DNA of 64,000 nt from NCBI GenBank assembly GCA_036558545.1, contig DATBFJ010000101.1, positions 364 to 64,363 of the forward strand, read 5' to 3'. Positions 42,844-50,214 of this stretch are shown here, piece by piece. Position 1 is the stretch's first letter, and each line of letters opens with the position of its first letter. The notes under the pieces are model-generated. The model was not told the DNA's origin. It saw nothing but the letters and a program-made list of their open reading frames with translations, and did not search any database. The stretch comes from Candidatus Limnocylindrales bacterium. Lineage in GTDB: Bacteria; Chloroflexota; Limnocylindria; Limnocylindrales; CSP1-4. The translations under genes and the position numbers were made by a program.

Positions 42844-43890
42844 ATGAGGATCGCACTCGTTGCCCCGCCGCTGCTGCCCGTGCCGCCCGTTCGCTATGGC
42901 GGTGTCGAGCGGATTGTCGGCGTGCTCGCCCAGGGTCTGGTCGAGCGTGGTCACGACGTCACCTTATTCGCACCGGGCGACTCGGGCTTCAACGGCAAGC
43001 TCGTCGCAACGGTTCCTCAAGGCCTGTGGAACGACGGCTTCAAGCCAGATCCCGGCGAGCAATTCCTGCACTCCGCCGACGTCGTCCTCGCACGCGCGGA
43101 CGCCTTCGATGTGATCCACAACCACATGGATTACTACGGATTCGAGATGGCCGAGAAATCGCCGGTGCCCGTCATCAGCACGCTTCATGGGCGGACTGAT
43201 GACGATCCGCTCGGTGGCGAGATCCGAGCCCATCCGAAGGTCGCCCTGATCGCGATCTCCGACTCTCAGCGCTCGTTCGTGCCGGAGGGAAACTGGATCG
43301 CGACGATCCATCACGGCCTCGATTTCACGGGGGTCGAACCAGGTACAGGCGGCGGCGACTACCTCGCGTGGGTCGGCCGCCTCTCGCCGGACAAGGGCAT
43401 CGCCGAGACGGTCGATCTCGCGCGCCGCGCACGAATCAGGCTGCGCGTCGCGGCCAAGGTCCTCGATCCGCGAGAGCAGAGCATGTATGACAACGTCGTC
43501 GCCCCGGCAGCCGCCGAAGGCATTGTCGAGTTTCTCGGCGAGCTCGACGAGAAGGAACGCGACGCGCTGATGGGCGGCGCCCTGGCGACCGTCATGCTGA
43601 GCAATTGGCCGGAGCCATTCGGCCTGGTCGCCATCGAGTCGCTGGCGCTGGGTACGCCCCTTATCGCGCGTCGATCGGGCGCCTTGCCGGAGATCGTCAC
43701 GAATGGCATCGACGGTTTCGTCGTCGACGACGCGGCGCAGGGGGCTGAAGCTGTGGCTCACATCGCCGGGCTTGATCGGGCGCAAATCCGGCAGCGCGCG
43801 CTCGATCGGTTCTCAGCTGCGCGCATGCTCGACGACTACGAGGCCGTCTATCGACGCGCGGCGGAGTTCGCCGTTCACAGCGATCCCTAA
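42844..43890 (+). CDS. GT4-family (GT-B) glycosyltransferase
   Basis: MRIALVAPPLLPVPPVRYGGVERIVGVLAQGLVERGHDVTLFAPGDS...EPFGLVAIESLALGTP. Confidence 0.85.
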   Translation: MRIALVAPPLLPVPPVRYGGVERIVGVLAQGLVERGHDVTLFAPGDSGFNGKLVATVPQGLWNDGFKPDPGEQFLHSADVVLARADAFDVIHNHMDYYGFEMAEKSPVPVISTLHGRTDDDPLGGEIRAHPKVALIAISDSQRSFVPEGNWIATIHHGLDFTGVEPGTGGGDYLAWVGRLSPDKGIAETVDLARRARIRLRVAAKVLDPREQSMYDNVVAPAAAEGIVEFLGELDEKERDALMGGALATVMLSNWPEPFGLVAIESLALGTPLIARRSGALPEIVTNGIDGFVVDDAAQGAEAVAHIAGLDRAQIRQRALDRFSAARMLDDYEAVYRRAAEFAVHSDP

Positions 43891-43957
43891 GACTGCAGAT
43901 GTAAGTTAGATATCACTCGTGCGCCGTGGGCGCACAGCTGGAGGCTTTGTAAGTCCG

Positions 43958-44770
43958 GTGGGTTTCCTGCCCTACGTTCTCCTCGTGATGGTCCCTGGCC
44001 TCGTGCTGTCGGTCTGGGCCGCGCACCGCGTCAAGACGACATTTGCGAAGTGGGACAAGGTCGATTCGGGCATCTCGATGAACGCGTTCGACTTTGCGCG
44101 CTACCTGCTCAACGGGCAGGGACTCAACCAGGTGACCGTCGAGCCGACGCCGGGAAGCCTGACCGACCACTACGACCCTCGCACGCGCACGCTTCGCATC
44201 TCGACCGGCGTGGCACACACGGCTGGTCGCCAATCGAGCCCCCTCGGCGGGCCGCTGGGCGGCGGCATGGGCCGCGGGATGGGCATGCCAATGGGCCGCG
44301 GCTATGCCTACGGCGTGTCGACCACAGCTGGCGACCAACCGCTCAACGGCCGCTTGTCCGTCGCCCAGGTCGCGGTCATCGCTCACGAGGTGGGTCACGC
44401 TCAGCAGCACGCAACGCATGACCCGCTCATGTCCTTGCGCCAGCTTGTAGTCCCTGTCGCGCAGATCGGCTCCACGCTCGCGCCGTGGCTGGTGATCATC
44501 GGTGTCTTCATGCGCATCACCAACCTGGCCGTCCTGGGCCTCGTCTTCTTCGCGGCCGCGGTCGCGTTTACGTTCATCACACTGCCCGTCGAATTCGGTG
44601 CGAGCAGGCGCGCGTTGGCGTTCGTTGGGCCGCTTGGGCTGACCGGCGAGCGTGGCGATGGCGCACGTGCCGTACTCAGTGCCGCGGGCTGGACATATGT
44701 CGCAGCCGCCCTCACGGCACTGCTGACGTTCCTGTACTACCTGACCCTCGTCACGGGCTCTCGCCGCTAG
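43958..44770 (+). CDS. putative neutral zinc metallopeptidase (PF04298/YugP-like) with Gly/Met-rich insertion
   Basis: LTDHYDP...AHEVGHAQQH...ITLPVEFGASRRA. Start set at GTG 43958 (GGAGG upstream); the track lists 43919. Confidence 0.8.
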   Translation: MGFLPYVLLVMVPGLVLSVWAAHRVKTTFAKWDKVDSGISMNAFDFARYLLNGQGLNQVTVEPTPGSLTDHYDPRTRTLRISTGVAHTAGRQSSPLGGPLGGGMGRGMGMPMGRGYAYGVSTTAGDQPLNGRLSVAQVAVIAHEVGHAQQHATHDPLMSLRQLVVPVAQIGSTLAPWLVIIGVFMRITNLAVLGLVFFAAAVAFTFITLPVEFGASRRALAFVGPLGLTGERGDGARAVLSAAGWTYVAAALTALLTFLYYLTLVTGSRR

Positions 44771-44778
44771 ATCACAAA

Positions 44779-44812
44779 GGGGCCGGGCCGCCCAGTCGGG
44801 CGGCCCGGCCCC
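44779..44812. terminator. perfect 15-bp GC hairpin between convergent genes (bidirectional terminator candidate)
   Basis: GGGGCCGGGCCGCCC-AGTC-GGGCGGCCCGGCCCC. Confidence 0.6.
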
Positions 44813-44831
44813 AGTACTTCCGGAGACTGAA

Positions 44832-45035
44832 CTAGCGGTCGCGGTTCCAGTCGTCGGCAGCCTTGTCCACGCCTTCGCGAACGTCACCGACGCCCTCGCG
44901 AACCTGGCCTTTGGCCTGATCGATCTGGCCCTCGCGCTGCATGCGGTCGTTGCCGATCGCGTCGCCGATGTTCTCCTTGAGCGAGCCCTCGGCCTGCTCG
45001 AGCTTGCCCTGGTTCTGCTGCTCGTTGCCCATCAT
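44832..45035 (-). CDS. CsbD-family stress protein
   Basis: GKLEQAEGSLKENIGDAIGNDRMQREGQIDQAKGQVREGVGDV. GGAGGA RBS. Confidence 0.85.
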   Translation of the reverse strand: MMGNEQQNQGKLEQAEGSLKENIGDAIGNDRMQREGQIDQAKGQVREGVGDVREGVDKAADDWNRDR

Positions 45036-45239
45036 TTCCTCCCAAATCGCAGCGTTTCAGCCAGTCTTTCGGTGACTGTTACGCCAAATAACTCGGCGAT
45101 AGTGGGGCCACCTCCGACACATTCGCGCGTATCGCGTCCCGGGCAGTTGCTTGCAGTCGTCTCGCCAATCGGCTCACGCTGGGATTCGGCTGTGCGCGAG
45201 TAGAATCGCGGTTGACTCACTTCGTTACCTGAGAGGGAC

Positions 45240-45767
45240 GTGGACTCCTACGACCTGCAGGGCGGCGCCCGAACCAAGAGCGCTTCAGACACCACCGCGG
45301 CTATCGGCCGCCTCGATCTGCGGACGCAGAAAGCGCGTGCTCTGGCCCGGCCTGACCCGGCAACCGTTACGCCGCAAACAAGCCTGGGTGAGGCGCTTGC
45401 ACAAATGCGCGCCCACGGTGGCGACGCCATCCTGATCAAGGACAAGGGTCGTCTGGCGGGCATCTTGACGGAGCGCGACGTGCTGACACGAGTACTCGGT
45501 TCTGGCGTCGACGAAACTCAGCCTGTCTCCGCGGTGATGACGGCGAATCCTCGCACCCTATCGGCTGATTCGTCCTTGTTTGAAGCGTTGCAGGCGATGG
45601 AGAGCGGCCATTACCGCAACGTGCCACTGACGGAGCCGGACGGTACGGTCGTTGGCCTGCTCCGGCAGCAGGATCTGATCGAGTTCATAGCGGAAGCCTT
45701 TCCGCAGGAAATCCTTAACCTACCGCCACGGCCGCATCAGTTGATGGAACAACCGGAAGGGGCTTGA
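45240..45767 (+). CDS. CBS-pair domain protein
   Basis: Two CBS motifs (...GRLAGILTERDVL..., ...GTVVGLLRQQDLI). GTG start. Confidence 0.8.
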   Translation: MDSYDLQGGARTKSASDTTAAIGRLDLRTQKARALARPDPATVTPQTSLGEALAQMRAHGGDAILIKDKGRLAGILTERDVLTRVLGSGVDETQPVSAVMTANPRTLSADSSLFEALQAMESGHYRNVPLTEPDGTVVGLLRQQDLIEFIAEAFPQEILNLPPRPHQLMEQPEGA

Positions 45768-45774
45768 CCGCCAC

Positions 45775-47634
45775 GTGACCACACAGATCGCAGCACAGAA
45801 GGAAGTCAGCGAGAGGGAGCTCGAGCGGGTAACGATCCGCTTCGCCGGAGACTCCGGCGACGGCATGCAGCTGACGGGTACCCAGTTCACGCGCACGGCA
45901 GCCGTGTTCGGCAACGACGTCTCGACTTTGCCGGACTACCCGGCAGAGATTCGTGCGCCTGCCGGCTCACTGCCGGGCGTGAGTGGCTTCCAGATCAGCT
46001 TCTCGTCGGCAGATATCTACACACCCGGCGATGCGCCTGACGTTCTTGTCGCGATGAACCCGGCGGCGCTCAAGACAAATATCGGCGACCTCCCGGCGGG
46101 CGGAGCATTGATCGTCAACAGCGACGCGTTCGTCGCCAACAACCTCAAGAAGGCAGGCTTCGAGAACAACCCGCTGTCAGACGGGTCGCTCAAGCAGTAC
46201 ACGGTCTTCGAGGTACCGATCAGCACGCTCAACACGCGCGCACTCGAAGGCCTGGACATGACCAGCAAGCAGGTCGACCTGACGAAGAACTTCTTCGCCC
46301 TCGGACTCATGTTCTGGCTTTACGAGCGCAGCATGGAGCCGACACTGCGCTGGATCGAATCGCGCTTCGGTGCGAAGCCGATCATCGCGGAGGCGAACAC
46401 CCGGGCGCTCAAGGCGGGCTACGCCTTCGGCGAAACGACCGAGATGTTCCACACGACGTACAGGGTGGCACCGGCCAAGCTTCAGCCCGGGACGTACCGC
46501 AACATCACCGGTAACGAGGCGACCGCCCTTGGTTTCGTGACGGCCGCCGCGCTGGCAAAGCGCGAACTCGTATATGGCTCCTACCCGATCACACCGGCCA
46601 GCGACATCCTTCACCAGCTTGCCAGCTACAAGAACTTCGGCGTCAAGACGTTCCAGGCAGAGGACGAGATCGCCGCGATCGGCTCCGCCATCGGCGCCTC
46701 CTACGGCGGTGCACTCGGCCTGACGGCCAGCTCCGGCCCCGGGATCGCGCTCAAGAGCGAGGCAATGAACCTGGCCGTCATGGTCGAGCTGCCGCTCGTG
46801 GTCATCGACGTTCAGCGTGCTGGGCCGTCGACCGGCATGCCGACCAAGACGGAGCAGACGGACCTGCTGATGGGCATGTTCGGCCGCAACGGTGAGTCTG
46901 CCGTGCCAATCGTCGCGCCGGCCACGCCGGCCGAGTGCTTCGACTACGCGATCGAAGCGGTCCGTCTTGCGCTCAAGTACATGACGCCCGTCCTGTATCT
47001 GTCGGACGGCTTCCTGGCCAACGGGGCGGAGCCCTGGAAGATCCCGGACCTGGCTGACATGCCTGACATCGCGATCGCCAACCACACCGACCGCGCGACT
47101 TTCCAGCCCTATACGCGCGACCCCGAGACGCTGTCGCGTCCGTGGGCCGTCCCGGGCACGCCGGGTCTCGAGCACCGCATTGGTGGTCTCGAGAAGGCCG
47201 ACATCACGGGCAACGTCAGCTATGACCCGGAGAACCACCATCGCATGACCGTCCTGCGGCGCCAGAAGATCGAAGGCATTGCCGACGACATTCCGCCACT
47301 CGAGGTCCAGGGCCCAACCAACGGCGATCTGCTGATCCTTGGCTGGGGCTCGACATATGGTGCGATTCGGAGCGCCGTAGAGCGCCTGCAGGCCGAAGGC
47401 TGGAGCGTTGCGCACGCGCACCTGCGACATATGAACCCATTTCCGTTGAACACTGAGACGGTGCTGCGCAGTTACAAGCACGTCCTCGTCCCGGAGGTAA
47501 ACCTGGGTCAGCTGTCGATGTTGCTGCGTGCCAAATTCCTGATCGATGTCGTCGGACTCAACCGGGTCCGGGGCAAGCCATTCCGAATCATCGAGATCAA
47601 GCAGGCGGCCGAAGAGCTGCTCGGCGAGAAGTAA
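45775..47634 (+). CDS. korA: 2-oxoacid:ferredoxin oxidoreductase subunit alpha (KorA-like)
   Basis: FAGDSGDGMQLTG...YPITPASDILH...DVQRAGPSTGMPTKTEQ. Confidence 0.9.
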   Translation: MTTQIAAQKEVSERELERVTIRFAGDSGDGMQLTGTQFTRTAAVFGNDVSTLPDYPAEIRAPAGSLPGVSGFQISFSSADIYTPGDAPDVLVAMNPAALKTNIGDLPAGGALIVNSDAFVANNLKKAGFENNPLSDGSLKQYTVFEVPISTLNTRALEGLDMTSKQVDLTKNFFALGLMFWLYERSMEPTLRWIESRFGAKPIIAEANTRALKAGYAFGETTEMFHTTYRVAPAKLQPGTYRNITGNEATALGFVTAAALAKRELVYGSYPITPASDILHQLASYKNFGVKTFQAEDEIAAIGSAIGASYGGALGLTASSGPGIALKSEAMNLAVMVELPLVVIDVQRAGPSTGMPTKTEQTDLLMGMFGRNGESAVPIVAPATPAECFDYAIEAVRLALKYMTPVLYLSDGFLANGAEPWKIPDLADMPDIAIANHTDRATFQPYTRDPETLSRPWAVPGTPGLEHRIGGLEKADITGNVSYDPENHHRMTVLRRQKIEGIADDIPPLEVQGPTNGDLLILGWGSTYGAIRSAVERLQAEGWSVAHAHLRHMNPFPLNTETVLRSYKHVLVPEVNLGQLSMLLRAKFLIDVVGLNRVRGKPFRIIEIKQAAEELLGEK

Positions 47635-47639
47635 AGGCG

Positions 47640-48710
47640 ATGGAAGAGCACACGACGACCACGACTAACGGCCACGGCCTCAGCCAGCAGAACCTGCAGA
47701 TGCTGGAGCTGACGCGCAAGGACTTCGTCAGCGACCAGGAAGTGCGTTGGTGCCCCGGCTGCGGCGACTACTCGATCCTCGCCCAGACGCAGAAGACGAT
47801 GCCCGACTTTGGCGTGCCCAAGGAGAACATCGTGTTCGTCTCGGGCATCGGCTGCTCGGGCCGGTTGCCGTACTACATGAACACCTATGGCTTCCACTCC
47901 ATCCATGGTCGAGCCCCAACCCTGGCAACCGGCCTCAAGCTGGCCAACCCCGGCCTGATGGTGTGGGTCATCACCGGCGACGGTGACGCTCTGTCAATTG
48001 GCGGCAACCACATCCTTCACTCGATGCGGCGCAACGTCGACATCAAGGTCGTGATGTTCAACAACCGAATTTACGGGTTGACCAAGGGGCAGGCGTCGCC
48101 GACTTCGGAGCTCGGAAAGAAGACCAAGTCCTCTCCGCTGGGAACGGTCGACTATCCGGTTCAGCCGCTCTCGATTGCGCTCGCCGCGGAGGCAAGCTTT
48201 GTTGCTCGTTCGGTCGACACGCACACTGAGCATCTGCAGGAGACGCTCAACCGGGCCGGCTACCACCATGGCTCGGTGTTTGTCGAGGTGCTCCAGAACT
48301 GCAACATCTTCAACGACGGCGCATACCGCGACTTCACCGAGCGCGACGTGCGAGACGATCGAATGCTCGTCCTCGAGCACGGCAAGCCAATGATCTTCGG
48401 CAAAGATCGCGACAAGGGCATTCGGCTCAATGGCATGCGCCCTGAAATCGTCACCGTGGGCGAGAACGGCGTGACCGAGGCCGACCTGCTCGTACACGAC
48501 GAGACCGCCCAGGACCCGTATCTCGCCTACATGCTCTCGCGCATGTGGTGGCCGGATTTCCCGGTGCCTGTCGGCGTGCTGCGTCGCGTCGAGCGGCCGA
48601 CACACGACCAGCTCGTCGTCGGCCAGATCGAAGATGCCACCACCCGCCAGGGAGCGGGCGACCTGAACAAGCTGCTGCGCAGCGGAGAGACCTGGACCGT
48701 CCAGGGTTAG
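47640..48710 (+). CDS. korB: 2-oxoacid:ferredoxin oxidoreductase subunit beta (KorB-like)
   Basis: WCPGCGDYSIL...GIGCSGR...TGDGDALSIGGNH TPP-binding motifs. Confidence 0.9.
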   Translation: MEEHTTTTTNGHGLSQQNLQMLELTRKDFVSDQEVRWCPGCGDYSILAQTQKTMPDFGVPKENIVFVSGIGCSGRLPYYMNTYGFHSIHGRAPTLATGLKLANPGLMVWVITGDGDALSIGGNHILHSMRRNVDIKVVMFNNRIYGLTKGQASPTSELGKKTKSSPLGTVDYPVQPLSIALAAEASFVARSVDTHTEHLQETLNRAGYHHGSVFVEVLQNCNIFNDGAYRDFTERDVRDDRMLVLEHGKPMIFGKDRDKGIRLNGMRPEIVTVGENGVTEADLLVHDETAQDPYLAYMLSRMWWPDFPVPVGVLRRVERPTHDQLVVGQIEDATTRQGAGDLNKLLRSGETWTVQG

Positions 48711-48723
48711 AAGAGGCAAGGCC

Positions 48724-49224
48724 GTGATCTGTCCGCAGTGCGGCTTCGAGAACATCCAGGGCGTCGACGAGTGTGAGAACTGCGGCTTCGACCTGATGTC
48801 GGTCGACATTCCCGCCCCGAGCAGCGAGTTCGAGGCGGAAATGGTCGTCATCCCACTCGCCGATCTGCGCCATCACAAGCCACTGACGATTGCGCCCGGC
48901 GCGTCTGCGGCTGAGGCGGTCGCTCAGATGCAGCAGGCGGGCGCGGGCTGCCTGATCGTCGAGGAAGGGGGACTGGTGCGCGGCATCCTGTCCGAGCGCG
49001 ACCTGGTCATGAAGCTGGATCACGCGACGCTTGACGGACTGACCGTGGCTGATCTCATGACCGCGGATCCGGTCGTCCTCAGGCCCGACGACAGCATCGC
49101 GGTCGCGATCAACAAGATGGCGGTGGGTGGTTTCCGCCACATCCCGCTGGTCGTCGACGGGCGGGCCACCGGCATCGTGTCAGCACGCGACGTCTTCAGG
49201 CACGTCCTCGCCCAGGTGCGCTAG
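48724..49224 (+). CDS. zinc-ribbon + CBS-pair protein
   Basis: MICPQCGFEN...CENCGF followed by a tandem CBS (...GLVRGILSERDLV..., ...ATGIVSARDVF). GTG start. Confidence 0.8.
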   Translation: MICPQCGFENIQGVDECENCGFDLMSVDIPAPSSEFEAEMVVIPLADLRHHKPLTIAPGASAAEAVAQMQQAGAGCLIVEEGGLVRGILSERDLVMKLDHATLDGLTVADLMTADPVVLRPDDSIAVAINKMAVGGFRHIPLVVDGRATGIVSARDVFRHVLAQVR

Positions 49225-49490
49225 GCCTGCTGGTTCCGCCGCTCCTCGGCGCGCAACGAAAGACCCGAAGGAACCTCGGACTTCGGCTGAGCGGGGCGAA
49301 AGGACGAGCCTCTCGCCGTCCGCAAGAAGACGAGCTCCTTGCGTGGTCCCTGGAACAAGTTCCTGGAACCTCCGGCTCTGCCGGACCGATCCCTACCGGT
49401 GAAGCAAGCTCCTCCGATCGAGTTCGGTTTTCCGTGGCCCCTTCGGGCTGAGACGAAGATTAGGGACGGTTCGGGACACGCACAACAGAG
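49225..49490. other. unassigned hairpin-rich non-coding region (possible structured RNA or long UTR)
   Basis: No convincing ORF. Several short GC stems (listed in findings). No match by eye to RNase P, tmRNA, SRP or common riboswitch cores. Confidence 0.3.
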
Positions 49491-49566
49491 TCATCCACGA
49501 GTTTTCGAAAAGTTCTCGCGGCTTATCCACGAAGCGTGATGTGGCTGGGGATAAGCCTGTGGACGA
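49491..49566. promoter_or_regulatory. cluster of DnaA-box-like 9-mers and an 8-bp inverted repeat
   Basis: TCATCCACG 49491-49499 (7/9), TTATCCACG 49523-49531 (8/9), TGGGGATAA 49546-49554 (8/9, reverse) and TGTGGACGA 49558-49566 (7/9, reverse), scored against TTATCCACA. GCTTATCC/GGATAAGC form an inverted repeat. Confidence 0.3.
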
Positions 49567-49592
49567 GATTTGTTTTCGTAACATGCGCGGCA

Positions 49593-50138
49593 ATGACTGA
49601 GCGGGCCGAGGCGCTTGTGAGCGTGGATATCGAAGCGTCTGGGCCCAGCCCGTCGACAGGCAGCCTGTTGTCAATCGGGGCTTGCCTGATCGAAGACCCC
49701 AGCGTCGACTTCTACGTCGAGCTCAAGCCCAGTCTCGATGCCGATTGGGATGCGCAGGCTGAAAGCGTCCACGGACTCGCTCGCGAGCGCCTCCTGCGCG
49801 AAGGGCGAGAGCCGGCCGACGCGATGCGTCGGTTCGCCGACTGGACCGCCGAAGCCTGCGCCGGACGGGAGCCGGTGTTCGTGGGTTTCAACGCGCCCTT
49901 CGACTGGATGTTCGTGGCCGATTACCTGTGGCGATTCGTCGGACGTAATCCATACGGGATCTCTGCGCTGGATCTCAAGTCGTATTACATGGCACGCGAA
50001 AAGGTCGCGACTTGGGAGCGCACCCGACGCACTTACGTCGACCAGGTCCTGGGCATTGATCCCGATCACAACCACCACGCACTCGACGACGCCAAGGGTC
50101 AGGCGCGCCTGGCAAAGGTCCTGCTGATCGGCCGCTGA
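49593..50138 (+). CDS. DEDDh 3'-5' exonuclease (DnaQ/RNase T-like)
   Basis: VSVDIEASG (DxE), FNAPFDWMF, HHALDDA (H-x4-D). Start ATG 49593. Confidence 0.8.
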   Translation: MTERAEALVSVDIEASGPSPSTGSLLSIGACLIEDPSVDFYVELKPSLDADWDAQAESVHGLARERLLREGREPADAMRRFADWTAEACAGREPVFVGFNAPFDWMFVADYLWRFVGRNPYGISALDLKSYYMAREKVATWERTRRTYVDQVLGIDPDHNHHALDDAKGQARLAKVLLIGR

Positions 50139-50214
50139 CGTGGCCCAAACCTCTCAGCCGCGTTGCGGAAGGGAGATGCTACATTGCAGGAACATTGCTC
50201 CCTGGGGGGTCTCA

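Noticed and set aside
46177-47481. 434-aa minus-strand ORF. Similar long antisense ORFs occur at 7611-8678, 40664-41392, 33676-34578, 43913-44887 and 52519-53832.
   Set aside because: All lie opposite genes with strong family signatures (korA, histidine kinase, ATP-grasp, M50 protease, Zn peptidase, fabI) and have no motifs of their own.
49225-49592. Tested as RNase P RNA, tmRNA, SRP RNA, TPP riboswitch or a full oriC
   Set aside because: It lacks GGAAAGTCCGG and ACAGAACCCGGCTTA (RNase P). It has no tmRNA tag frame or TPsiC-like 3' end, and no GGAAGCAGCC-type SRP core. The CTGAGA at 49448-49453 is not accompanied by the ACCxxTGAACCTGATC element of TPP riboswitches. No dnaA/dnaN is nearby and there are no long AT-rich unwinding repeats, so calling it oriC would be over-reach.
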